A DNA stretch of 64,000 nucleotides from Candidatus Eiseniibacteriota bacterium (lineage in GTDB: Bacteria > Eisenbacteria > RBG-16-71-46). Of the stretch, positions 31,201-39,469 are shown one piece after another. Position numbers and translations under genes: made by a program. The notes under the pieces were generated by a model. That model was not told where the DNA came from and ran no database searches. It saw only the letters and a list, made by a program, of their open reading frames with translations. The number at the start of each line of letters is the position of its first letter. Positions within the stretch are counted from its first letter, which is position 1. Location: NCBI GenBank assembly GCA_041483195.1, contig JBGPFC010000004.1, positions 133,020-197,019 on the forward strand, in the 5' to 3' direction.

Positions 31201-31393
31201 CGCACCCCACGGGGCATTCGCGGCAGGTGCTCGCGTACCAGTAGGGCACGCCGGGGAGGATGTCGGTGGGCGCGACCAGGTACGGGATGAGCTTCTCGAC
31301 AGGGGGCTGCGCGCAGCCCGCCGCCGCGCCGGCGACTCCGATCCCGACCAGTCTCAGGAAATCGCGGCGATTGAAGACGAAGTCGTCGCTCAT
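28277..31393 (-). CDS. actB: Alternative complex III subunit ActB (Tat-exported molybdopterin-oxidoreductase-like domain + 4Fe-4S dicluster domain)
   Basis: NRRDFLR Tat motif, ANKPWLQELPDP, CTGCAACVVAC, CQHC..APCETVCP, RCVGTRYCSNNCPY, RSKGVMEKCTMC. Confidence 0.93.
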   Translation of the reverse strand: MSDDFVFNRRDFLRLVGIGVAGAAAGCAQPPVEKLIPYLVAPTDILPGVPYWYASTCRECPVGCGVLVKAREGRAIKIEGNPAHPVNRGGLCSRGQAGLQGLYDPDRVRSPMVKENGAWKTIDWEAALQLAAGKLGEAVKAKRGVALLTDNATGSLQRLAAEWSAAIGATHLVYEPFAHESLREANRRTFGQASIPNFDFAAARMIVAFGADFVETWLSPVGHARGLATARTADNPARFVTVEPRLSLTGANADEWIAVRPGGEMALALGMSRVILSESLGPALAERGALSDAVAAFTPEAVERQSDVPAAKVRELARAFAKAGPSLAVTGGIAAQSDQSVALHAAVNLLNYVAGNVGRTVRFDRTPSYEAVGGFGELQRLMGAMGDGKVDVLIVSGANPVYAVPAWAEFAAAMDRVIFKISLSPVLDETADRCDLLLPSTHWLETLGDAETARGVHALTQPAMQKLPMFDARPAGETLLALGKAAGRGAAWPATWADYLKAQWKPQHQRFGAGRDFDTFWRDSLAKGGVWEDASPTPVRWNATPAFASPGLRGPGEVALLLYPSQAFYDGRGANKPWLQELPDPTSKGVWGTWVEIHPETAGKLGVQTGDPVRIETEAGAIELPAYLYGGMRRDVAAVPLGQGHTAYGRYAKDRGVNALALLPPAQDAASGAVAYLSTRARLAKGAKAMDFVTTQREKRQHDRGIAQVIPVSALFAQVATRGAADRPIYNIHQTLSGHFEGPEPPKPSQTRPGLHTTPMQHPEGYVPPAHAITAFEPEHHTRGPRAIPVDQGSYKHAEHRWAMAIDLNACTGCAACVVACYAENNIPTVGPELIQRGREMSWIRIERFEERLEPGASDVRMVPMMCQHCGDAPCETVCPVYATYHNPEGLNAQVYNRCVGTRYCSNNCPYKVRAFNWFDYAAPEKATFAFPEPLNWQLNPDVTVRSKGVMEKCTMCVQRILEGKGNAKDENRKLRDGEIQTACAQSCPAQAIVFGDLADPASAVHQRSFGARRYWVLNELNTKPGVTYLKRVKQDTV

Positions 31394-31400
31394 CTGGCCC

Positions 31401-31931
31401 CTAGTGATGGCACGCGATGCAGTCCATGGTGGTCGGGAAGCGCGGATCGTCGAGGCGCTGGCGGTGGCAGCTCAGGCACCAGCCCATCTTGAGCGATGGG
31501 TACTGGTAGACGACTGCCATCTCCTGGACGGGGCCGTGGCATTCCGCGCACTGCATCCCGGCGCGCACGTGCCGCTTGTGATTGAACTTCACGTGCGAGG
31601 GCAGGCGGTAGACCTCGGCCCATGGCACCTGCTCGCCCCGCTCGAAATAGCCGGCCAGCTTCATGATCTCGGGCCGGTCGGCGCGGGCCAGCTTGTGGCA
31701 CCCCATGCAGGTGCTGACCGGCGGGATGTTCGCGATCGGGGACTTGTCTGCGCTGTAATGGCAGTAAAGGCAATTCATGCCGAGCTTTCCGGCATGGATC
31801 TGGTGGCTGAAGTTGATGGGTTGCGCGGGCCCTTTTCGGTCGCCCATCTGCACCGAAAACGACTGCGTGAAGGCCGCGGTGCCGGCGGCGAGGGTGGACA
31901 GCACGGCGACGACGACGAGGGCTCTTTTCAT
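31401..31931 (-). CDS. actA: Alternative complex III pentaheme cytochrome c ActA
   Basis: QPINFSHQIH and five CxxCH motifs (CLYCH, CMGCH, CAECH, CLSCH, CIACH). Confidence 0.92.
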   Translation of the reverse strand: MKRALVVVAVLSTLAAGTAAFTQSFSVQMGDRKGPAQPINFSHQIHAGKLGMNCLYCHYSADKSPIANIPPVSTCMGCHKLARADRPEIMKLAGYFERGEQVPWAEVYRLPSHVKFNHKRHVRAGMQCAECHGPVQEMAVVYQYPSLKMGWCLSCHRQRLDDPRFPTTMDCIACHH

Positions 31932-31943
31932 AGTAAGGCGCGG

Positions 31944-31972
31944 AACTTACGCACCCGTCCCGACGCTGTCAA
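31944..31972 (-). promoter_or_regulatory. sigma70-type promoter of the act operon
   Basis: TTGACA-17 nt-TAAGTT, ending 12 nt before the actA ATG. Confidence 0.65.
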
Positions 31973-32126
31973 CCACTTTGAGAATGCGCGATCAATCCGG
32001 CGCGAACGCGCTGAGGAGCGCGGCGCTAGGCGCGCGAGGCGCGTCGGTCAGAGCGCTCGGACGTCGTGCGGGCGGGCCGCGAAGGGGACCAGGACCCGCG
32101 CATTTCGAGCGCGGGACGCCCGGATG

Positions 32127-32909
32127 TCAGGCGGCGCGGTCGGTCGAGTCCGGGAGCTCGGCGGGCCTGGATTCGCGGCGCGAGTAGCGGCGCATCGCGT
32201 CACACGCGAACACCAGCGGGAGCGCGACCAGCAGCGTGCCCGCCATCCCGATCGCCGAATAGTGCGTCGCGACCAGCACGCCCAGCGAGAACACCGCGCC
32301 GCCCGAGAGCAGCTCGTACTGGCTGCCGAAGTTGCTGCGCCATGCCGCGAGCGGCGAGACGCCGGTGCTGGAGGCGACCGCCAGCGAGACCGCTCCGCGG
32401 TTGACCGCGTAGTAGCACGCGGCCGCGAGCGCGAAGGGCAGCAGACGGAAGCTCGAGATCATCGCGACCAGGTCGTGGGATCCGCCCCCCGCCCAGTCGA
32501 ACATCCACACCGCGGACGTGACGGCGAGCGCGGTCTGCGATGCGTTGAAGAGCGCGCGCACCGGCGACTTGCGCATGATGGCGATCTCGGCGATCAGCGT
32601 CGCGAGCGCGGTGACGGCCATTGCCTCGCCGCGCGTGACCACCAGCAACGCCGCGAAGTTGAAGCACGACGCCATGCTGATGGTGGCCGACCCCAGCGGC
32701 AGGCGGATCCACAGCACCTCGCCCGCCACGCACGCGATCAGCCAGTAGGCGAAGGTCGCCGGCGTGGTGCCGGCCCACGCGCGCCACATGGCGATTGCGG
32801 CCACCAGCACGGTGGTCGCGACCAGCGCCGAAGTGCGGATGCGGGCGTGCGCGTTCACCCCGGGCCTCGCTCCCGGCGCCGCATCGCGCACACCGCGCAC
32901 GCTTGCCAC
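32127..32909 (-). CDS. Polytopic membrane protein resembling the membrane input domain of HD-GYP/GGDEF proteins, with no output domain
   Basis: ATISMASCFNFAALL, KSPVRALFNASQTALA, YYAVN...VSLAV, LLVALPLVF, then a stop soon after the last TM. Start uncertain. Confidence 0.6.
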   Translation of the reverse strand: MASVRGVRDAAPGARPGVNAHARIRTSALVATTVLVAAIAMWRAWAGTTPATFAYWLIACVAGEVLWIRLPLGSATISMASCFNFAALLVVTRGEAMAVTALATLIAEIAIMRKSPVRALFNASQTALAVTSAVWMFDWAGGGSHDLVAMISSFRLLPFALAAACYYAVNRGAVSLAVASSTGVSPLAAWRSNFGSQYELLSGGAVFSLGVLVATHYSAIGMAGTLLVALPLVFACDAMRRYSRRESRPAELPDSTDRAA

Positions 32910-32922
32910 GCGTTCATGACGA

Positions 32923-33624
32923 TCACCAGCCCGCCTTCGCCCTGAAGATTTCCTGAACCGAGTACTCGGAGAAATGTCCGAGCGGAGCGCGAATCACCCG
33001 GTGGGCGGCATCCACCGTGCTCGGGATCTCCACCCAGATTCCGCTCTGCTCGTCGAGCCACAGCACGCCCATGCCCTGCGGGTTGGGGAAGTGCGAGAGG
33101 TCGGCGGAGAGCGTCACCGGAATATCGAACTTGTTGGGCACGCCCTTGATGCGGAGCGTCACGCGCATCCCGATCGAGTCGCGGACGATGAGCGAGACCT
33201 GCGCCTTGCCGTGGAACGCGCCCTTCGGGATGCGAAGCTGGAACGGGCCGGCCTTGAGCGTGGCGCCGTCCTCGCCGAACACCGGCGAGACCTGGCTCGC
33301 CACGGCGGCGGCGATCGTGTCGATCGAGCCGTCCTCCACCGGCGACACCGGCGGCAGCGCAGGCGGTCCGGTCGGATGCCCCGGAGCATCGTCGCCGTCG
33401 TCGCCTTCCGGAATCAGCGCGCCCGAGACCGTCGCGTCCGCGTGCTTGATGGTTTCGGTCCCGGCAGCCTTGCGGGGTGCGGTCGGCAGCGTCGAGCAGC
33501 CGGCGATGAGCGCGAGGCACACGAGCACCAGCGTGAGGCGCATCGGATGCCGCACGCGACCGGGTCCGGGGATGGGCCGTTCGCGGCGCGCTGCGTGATG
33601 GACGAACCGTTCGCTGCTGCCCAT
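32923..33624 (-). CDS. Lipoprotein with a ZU5-like beta domain and C-terminal KAGW tail
   Basis: Lipobox LIAGC; LRIPKGAF, WLDEQSGIWVEIPSTVD, APLGHFSEYSV; ends AKAGW. SD GGAGGAG before ATG 33624 (alternative start 33543). Confidence 0.65.
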   Translation of the reverse strand: MGSSERFVHHAARRERPIPGPGRVRHPMRLTLVLVCLALIAGCSTLPTAPRKAAGTETIKHADATVSGALIPEGDDGDDAPGHPTGPPALPPVSPVEDGSIDTIAAAVASQVSPVFGEDGATLKAGPFQLRIPKGAFHGKAQVSLIVRDSIGMRVTLRIKGVPNKFDIPVTLSADLSHFPNPQGMGVLWLDEQSGIWVEIPSTVDAAHRVIRAPLGHFSEYSVQEIFRAKAGW

Positions 33625-33718
33625 GGTGTCGCTCCTCCGGCCGGTCGTTCCGGCCGTCGTTGGGGCCAGGAGCCGGCCAACGAGCCGGCCCTCTCGACGC
33701 ACTCTCCCTATTTAGAAC

Positions 33719-33734
33719 CGCATCGACCGTGCCG
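33719..33734 (-). promoter_or_regulatory. Candidate sigma54 (-24/-12) promoter
   Basis: CGGCACGGTCGATGCG = GG-N10-GC with GGCACG intact, about 95 nt upstream of the lipoprotein ATG. Confidence 0.5.
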
Positions 33735-33941
33735 GGAACGCGCGGCGCGGGGACATGGCCGAGCCTCTTGCGGCGCAAGCGATTCGAGGGACGCGCGCGG
33801 CACGGGACGCCCGGCGCCGGAGACTGCACGGTGCGCAATGGCGGAGTGCACTGGGGCGATGGGGAAGATTGCGCGAGCGCTGGACGATTTCGCCCGATCC
33901 GCATCGCATCGCGGCGGGGCGGCAGGACGCAGGACGACGGG

Positions 33942-35399
33942 TCAGCGCAGCTTGCCGGCCACCACGATCTTGAGCGACTGCCCGGGAAGCACCTGCTCGT
34001 CGGTCTGCAGATTGTTCAGGATCGACGTGCCTTCCGCGTCGATCGCCTGCGCGGGAAAACGCGGCAGCAACTCGCCCAACGTGCCCGCCGCCGGGACGCG
34101 CACCACACTCACGCGATCCGGCGTGGCGCGCAGACGGCCGGGGTCGGTGAGGGGACGGAGCGAACGCACGCTCGTGACGATCCGCGTCTCGTCTTCATCA
34201 CCGGCGGCGGCGCTGCGGCCCAGCAGCTGGAGCATCGATTGCGGGCCACGGCGAACGAACGCCGCGATCAGGGTGGTCGTCGTTCCGCCGGTCCCCGCCA
34301 CCGCGACGTGTCCGACCCAGGCCTCGTAGCCGCCGATCGTCTCGGGCGCGCCGCGCGCGTCCGCGATGCTGCCGCGGCGCAGAAGCTCCGTGACGAAATC
34401 CGCAGGGCCGAACGCGCCGGCGTCGGCCAGCGAGAGATCCATCTCCGCGTGCTGCTGCGGCTCGAGCGCCGACAGGCCGCGATGCGAATCCTGGATCGTC
34501 CACCCGGCGGGCAGGGCGATCTGGAAACCGAGCTGCGGGTGATAATAGCGATCGCCCTCCGCGTAGCCCTGCCTCGGGTCCCTGCCGAACACGATCTGAT
34601 CCGTGCGCGCGAGGTAAGAGCGGGTGCGAATCTCGAGCCCGGTCTTGCCGTACACCGCGGCGGCCGCCAGTTCGCGCGTTCGCTGCTCGCGATTTCCGGG
34701 ATCGGGATGCGTCGAGAGGAATCCCGGGAGCCGCTGCCCGGCGCGGTCGCTCACGCGCTTCAGCATCGCGTAGGTGCCGGGGATCTCCCGCGGATCGTAG
34801 CCCGCCTTCGTGGAGTACTCGACGCCCAGCTCGTCTGCCTGCGTCTCGTCGTCACGGCTGTACTTGAGGAACACGAGGCCGAGGGCCTGTTCGGCCGCCG
34901 CGCTGTACTGCCGGAATCCGCTCGAGAACGCCGAAGCCAGCGACAGTCCGAAGCCCGCGAGCTGCTGCTGCGTGAGCTGCTGCGCGGTGTGACGCGCCGT
35001 CACGTGTCCGATCTCGTGGCCGAGCACGCCGGCGAGCTGCGCCTCGGAGTTCAGGTAGGCGAGGATGCCGCGGGTGATGTAGATGTAGCCGCCGGGCATC
35101 GCGAACGCGTTCACGGTCGGATCGTCGAGCACCGTGAACGTGAACTTGAGGGTGGGCAGGTGCGACACCCGCGCCAGCCCCTGTCCGACGCTGTCGACGT
35201 AGGCCGCGATCCGCGCGTCGTCGTATGCGCCGTACTCGGCGAGCACGGCGGCGCGGCCCTCGGTCCCGATGCGCAGCTCCTGCTGCGTGCTGACCAGCGA
35301 GAATTGCCGACGGCCGGAGACCGGATTGGTCGCGCAGCCCGAGAGCACGATCAGCGCGACGGACGCGGCGAGGGCGAGGGGGAGCGGCCGATTCATCAT
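33942..35399 (-). CDS. M48 family zinc metalloprotease lipoprotein with a LysM-like tail
   Basis: Lipobox LSGC, VNAFAMPGG, GHEIGH (HExxH), YSRDDETQAD, FLSTHP. Confidence 0.9.
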   Translation of the reverse strand: MMNRPLPLALAASVALIVLSGCATNPVSGRRQFSLVSTQQELRIGTEGRAAVLAEYGAYDDARIAAYVDSVGQGLARVSHLPTLKFTFTVLDDPTVNAFAMPGGYIYITRGILAYLNSEAQLAGVLGHEIGHVTARHTAQQLTQQQLAGFGLSLASAFSSGFRQYSAAAEQALGLVFLKYSRDDETQADELGVEYSTKAGYDPREIPGTYAMLKRVSDRAGQRLPGFLSTHPDPGNREQRTRELAAAAVYGKTGLEIRTRSYLARTDQIVFGRDPRQGYAEGDRYYHPQLGFQIALPAGWTIQDSHRGLSALEPQQHAEMDLSLADAGAFGPADFVTELLRRGSIADARGAPETIGGYEAWVGHVAVAGTGGTTTTLIAAFVRRGPQSMLQLLGRSAAAGDEDETRIVTSVRSLRPLTDPGRLRATPDRVSVVRVPAAGTLGELLPRFPAQAIDAEGTSILNNLQTDEQVLPGQSLKIVVAGKLR

Positions 35400-35405
35400 C
35401 GGCCG

Positions 35406-35434
35406 AGTAAAGCGCGGCCGCCGTTCGCGGTCAA
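35406..35434 (-). promoter_or_regulatory. Candidate promoter giving a leaderless M48 transcript
   Basis: TTGACC-17 nt-TTTACT, then 6 nt, then ATG 35399. Confidence 0.45.
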
Positions 35435-35464
35435 CTCGCGGCGCGCGCTCGCGGGGCGCGCCCC

Positions 35465-36937
35465 TCAGTAGCGCGGCACCGCCGGATCGATCTCGCGCGA
35501 CCAGGAGTCGATCCCGCCTCGCAGATTGCGGAGCTTGCGGAATCCCGCGCGCCTGAGCATCTCGAGCGCGCGCATGCTGCGGGTCCCATGGTGGCAATGC
35601 AGCACGATCGGGCGGCTCGAATCGAGCTCCGCGAGCCGTTCCGGCAACGTCGCGAGCGGGATCAGCCGCGCGCCCGGGATGCGCGCGATCTCGAACTCGT
35701 GAGGCTCGCGCACGTCGATCAGCACCAGGTCCTCGCCGCGCGCCTGAAGCGCCTGCAGCTCCTTCACCGTGAGCTCGACCCCGTCCGCTTCTGCGTTCGC
35801 CTGCTCGGTGGGCGTGAGCCCGCAAAATTGCTCGTAGTCGATGAGCGCCGTGATGCTGCGGCGCTCGCCACACAGCGGACAATCGGGGTCCTTGCGCAGC
35901 GTGAGCTCCCGGAAGCGCATCGCCAGCGCGTCGAACAACAGCAGCCGACCGATCAGCGTCTCCCCCACCCCCAGAATGAGCTTCAGCGTCTCGATGCCCT
36001 GGATGACGCCGATCACGCCCGGCAGCACGCCCAGCACGCCGCCCTCTGCGCACGATGGCACCAGCCCCGGCGGCGGCGGATCAGCGTAGAGGCACCGGTA
36101 GCACGGGCCGCGCGCGGCGTCGAAGACACTCGCCTGCCCCTCGAAGCGGAAGATGCTGCCGTACACGTTGGGCTTCCCGAGCAGCGCGCAAGCGTCGTTC
36201 ACCAGGTAGCGCGTTGCGAAGTTGTCGGTGCCGTCGGCGACGATGTCGTAGCCGCGGATGATGTCGAGCGCGTTCCCGCTGGTGAGCCGCGTCTCGTGCG
36301 TCTCGACCCGCACCCCCGGGTTGAGATCGGCGAGCCGCGCCCGCGCCGATTCCAGCTTCGGCCTCCCCACGTTCGCGGTGCCGTGGAGGATCTGGCGCTG
36401 GAGATTGCTCTCGTCCACCACGTCGAAGTCCACGAGCCCGATGCGGCCGACGCCGGCCGCCGCGAGATAGAGCGCGAGTGGCGAGCCCAGCCCGCCGGCG
36501 CCGACGATCAGCACGCTCGCGGCCTTGATCTTGCGCTGGCCGTGCAGCCCGACCTCGGGAAGGATGAGGTGGCGGCTGTAGCGGAGCAGCTCCGGCTGCG
36601 AGAGCGGCGGCATGCCGTCCTCCCCGGTCGCCCACGCCGGCGCGCGGCGCGGCGGCGGGCCCGCCCCGCCCGCGATGCTCGGCACGATCGAGAGCGCGTC
36701 GTCCGGGCCGAGCGGCGTCGCCTCGCGCTCGAGATGCCGCACGTCCACGTCGTTGCGATAGACGTTCACGAAGCGCCGCAGCTGGCCCGCCTCGTCGTAC
36801 AGATGGCGGCGCAGCCCGGGATGGCGGTCCACCAGCGCGCGCAGCGCTTCGCCAACGGTCGCGGCCTCGACCTCGACCGCGGGGAGCTGGCCGGCGTAGG
36901 CCCGCAGCGGGGTCGGGATGTGAATGCGGGTCGTCAT
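35465..36937 (-). CDS. moeB: Fusion of a MoaD/ThiS/CysO-like sulfur carrier + MoeB/E1 adenylyltransferase + rhodanese
   Basis: IPTPLR...RRFVNVY...SIVPSIAGG (Ubl, residues 1-91); RYSRHL, GAGGLG, SNLQRQ, CYRC, SCAEGG, CPLC; DVREPHE...CHHGTRS rhodanese. Confidence 0.93.
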   Translation of the reverse strand: MTTRIHIPTPLRAYAGQLPAVEVEAATVGEALRALVDRHPGLRRHLYDEAGQLRRFVNVYRNDVDVRHLEREATPLGPDDALSIVPSIAGGAGPPPRRAPAWATGEDGMPPLSQPELLRYSRHLILPEVGLHGQRKIKAASVLIVGAGGLGSPLALYLAAAGVGRIGLVDFDVVDESNLQRQILHGTANVGRPKLESARARLADLNPGVRVETHETRLTSGNALDIIRGYDIVADGTDNFATRYLVNDACALLGKPNVYGSIFRFEGQASVFDAARGPCYRCLYADPPPPGLVPSCAEGGVLGVLPGVIGVIQGIETLKLILGVGETLIGRLLLFDALAMRFRELTLRKDPDCPLCGERRSITALIDYEQFCGLTPTEQANAEADGVELTVKELQALQARGEDLVLIDVREPHEFEIARIPGARLIPLATLPERLAELDSSRPIVLHCHHGTRSMRALEMLRRAGFRKLRNLRGGIDSWSREIDPAVPRY

Positions 36938-37401
36938 GATCTATCTCCGGTCGCGCGCTGCGCCGCGGGTGCGGCGCCCGGCACGAGCTCCAGCGGTTCG
37001 GGTTCGAATCGCGAGCGATCCTCGGCGAGCCGCCACGCGCGCGAGTCGCGCGCCGCGCCGCCCTCGACGCTCACGATCAGGTACGAATAGTAGGGCCATG
37101 CGTGCTCGAGATCGAATGCCGAGGGCCGGGCGGGGTGATCCGGGTGCGAATGGAAGAAGCCGAGGACCTCGAGCCCTTCCGCGCGCGCCGCGCGGTCCGC
37201 CTCGAGAAATTGCTCGGGGGCGATCAGGTAGCGGTTGCCCCTCGAGTCCTCGCGCCGGTTCTCGAAAGCGACCACACGCTCGACCTCGCGCCACGCCCCG
37301 GCTTCGCGCCCGAGCATCACGCCGCAGCCCTCCTCGGGATACGCGCGACACAGGTGTGCGTGGATCTGCTCGGTGTGCAACGCGCGCATGCGCAGGCTCA
37401 T
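36934..37401 (-). CDS. JAMM/MPN+ (M67 family) metalloprotease, Mec-like
   Basis: YPEEGCG and FFHSHPDHPARPSAFD (E...HxH-x7-S-x2-D). ATGA overlaps on both sides. Confidence 0.92.
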   Translation of the reverse strand: MSLRMRALHTEQIHAHLCRAYPEEGCGVMLGREAGAWREVERVVAFENRREDSRGNRYLIAPEQFLEADRAARAEGLEVLGFFHSHPDHPARPSAFDLEHAWPYYSYLIVSVEGGAARDSRAWRLAEDRSRFEPEPLELVPGAAPAAQRATGDRS

Positions 37402-38336
37402 GCCTCCTCCCAGAGCGGATCGCCTAGGTAGCGCTCCGCGCCGTCGGGGAGGATGCACACCACCACGCCGCGTTCGATCCCGCGCGCGACCCGCTCCGCC
37501 GCGACCACCGCGGCGCCCGCGGACCAGCCGAGCAGGAGTCCGCGGCGCGCCTGGGATTTCGCCATCGCGATCGCGTCCTCGCTCGTGACCGTGAGGGTCC
37601 GCTGGTGCGCGCGCGGGTCGTAGATCGCTGGCACCATCGCGGTCGGCAGGTGCTTGAGCCCTTCGAGCGCGTGGTACGGCGAATCGGGCTGCACCGCGAT
37701 CGCCTCGAGCGACGGGTTCAGCTCCCGCAGCCGGCGCGCGCAGCCCACCAGCGTGCCCGAGGTGCCCAGCCCCGCGACCAGATGCGTCACGCGACCCCGC
37801 GTCTGCGCCCAGATCTCCGGGGCGGTGCCGTGATAGTGGGCGCGCCAGTTCGCCGGATTCGAATACTGGTCGGGGTAGAAATAGCGTTCGGGGTGCGCTG
37901 CGAAGCGGCGCCGCGCCTCGAGGATGGCGCCGTCGGTGCCTTCCATGGGATCGGTGAGCACCAGCGCCGCGCCCAGCGCCGACATCAGGCGGCGCCGGCT
38001 CTCGCCGGCGTTCGATGGCACGCACAACTCGACGGGAAAGCCGAGGGCGGCTCCGATCCAGGCGTATGCGATGCCGGTGTTGCCGGAGGTCGCGTCGATG
38101 AGCGTGCGTCCCGGCGCGAGCGCGCCCGAGCCGCGGCCGGCGTCGATCATCGCCCGGGCCGCGCGATCCTTCACCGAGCCGCCGGGATTGAACCACTCGG
38201 CCTTGCCCCAGACCTCGACCCCCTCGCGCAGGCCATCGAGGCCCTCGATCGAAGCCAGCGGGGTATCCCCGATTCGATCCAGGAGGCCGGGGTTCGAGCG
38301 GGCGGCGGTCAGCAGGCGGTCTTCGATGGGATCCAT
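37398..38336 (-). CDS. PLP-dependent cysteine synthase family (CysM-like)
   Basis: IGDTPL, NPGGSVKDR, ATSGNTG, DQYSNPAN, GLGTSGT, PDGAERYL. Confidence 0.9.
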   Translation of the reverse strand: MDPIEDRLLTAARSNPGLLDRIGDTPLASIEGLDGLREGVEVWGKAEWFNPGGSVKDRAARAMIDAGRGSGALAPGRTLIDATSGNTGIAYAWIGAALGFPVELCVPSNAGESRRRLMSALGAALVLTDPMEGTDGAILEARRRFAAHPERYFYPDQYSNPANWRAHYHGTAPEIWAQTRGRVTHLVAGLGTSGTLVGCARRLRELNPSLEAIAVQPDSPYHALEGLKHLPTAMVPAIYDPRAHQRTLTVTSEDAIAMAKSQARRGLLLGWSAGAAVVAAERVARGIERGVVVCILPDGAERYLGDPLWEEA

Positions 38337-38494
38337 GGTGAAGCCGTTGGATGCGGCCCCCCGCCCCGGGTTCGCTGCGGATTCCGGGGCAGCTGCCCCG
38401 CCGCGATCCCCGGAAGCCGCGCGGGACGCGCCCGCGAGCGCCCTCGATCACGGACCTGGCGCGGTTTGCTCCCGGTCGCATAGGATGCGCGATC

Positions 38495-39469
38495 GTGATC
38501 CTCGCCGGGGACGTAGGCGGCACCAAGACCCAGCTCGCGCTCTTCGAGCCCGGGGCCCGCGCACGCGCGCCCGCGCACAGCGCCAAGCTCGCGAGCCATG
38601 GGCACGCGTCGCTCGCGGCGCTGGTGCGCGAGTTCGTCGACCCACTGGGCGCGCGGCCGGCACGCGCGGTATTCGGGATCGCGGGTCCGGTGGTGGGCGG
38701 CCGCTGCGAGGCGACCAATCTCCCGTGGATCGTGAGCGAGCCCGAGATGAGCGCCGCGCTCGACGGAGCGAAGGTCACCCTCATGAACGATCTCGAGGCC
38801 ACCGCGTGGGGCCTCGAACAGCTCGACGCCTCCGATCTCGTGACGCTCCAGCCGGGCGAGCCTCACGCCGGCAATCGCGCGCTGATCGCGGCCGGCACCG
38901 GTCTCGGTGAGGCGCTGCTGGTGTGGAACGGAAGCCGCTGGCGCCCGAGCGCCTCCGAGGGCGGGCACGCCGACTTCGGCGCGCGCGATCCGCTCGAGGA
39001 CGAGTTGCTGTTGTGGCTGCGCGCGGCGCACGGCCGCGTGAGCTACGAGCGCATCCTCTCGGGACGCGGCCTCGCCGATCTCTATCGCTTCCTGACCGCC
39101 ACCGCGCGCGGCGCGGAACCGCCGGCGTTCGCATCGCGCTTCGCGGCGGCCGAGGACCCGGCCGCTCTGGTGACCGAGGCCGCGCTCGACGGATCGTGCG
39201 GGCGCGCGCGGCTCGCGGTCGAGCGCTGGGTGGACATCTACGGAGCCGAAGCGGGAAACCTCGCGCTCAAGGCGCTGGCGGTCGCCGGCCTGTTCGTGGG
39301 CGGCGGCATCGCGCCGCGCCTCATCGACGTGATGCGCGACGGGCGCTTCGCGCGCGCTTTCGGCGCCAAGGGACGGCTCGCCCCGATGCTCCGCGAGATC
39401 CCGATCGCCGTGATCCGCGACGAACGCACCGCGCTGTGGGGCGCGGCCGCGGTGGGGCTCGCGGCGTGA
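38495..39469 (+). CDS. glk: Glucokinase
   Basis: [40 protein letters not shown] start. Confidence 0.93.
   Translation: MILAGDVGGTKTQLALFEPGARARAPAHSAKLASHGHASLAALVREFVDPLGARPARAVFGIAGPVVGGRCEATNLPWIVSEPEMSAALDGAKVTLMNDLEATAWGLEQLDASDLVTLQPGEPHAGNRALIAAGTGLGEALLVWNGSRWRPSASEGGHADFGARDPLEDELLLWLRAAHGRVSYERILSGRGLADLYRFLTATARGAEPPAFASRFAAAEDPAALVTEAALDGSCGRARLAVERWVDIYGAEAGNLALKALAVAGLFVGGGIAPRLIDVMRDGRFARAFGAKGRLAPMLREIPIAVIRDERTALWGAAAVGLAA

Noticed and set aside
31978..31995. FNR/CRP-like site upstream of the act promoter (TTGAT...TCAA)
   Set aside because: Half-site spacing does not fit TTGAT-N4-ATCAA.
37402..38802. Long N-terminal extension on the JAMM protease (likewise the extensions on M48, tkt, actD and the B12 radical SAM)
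   Set aside because: Out-of-frame overlap with neighbouring real genes. Coupled starts (ATGA/GTGA) or motif boundaries define shorter CDSs.
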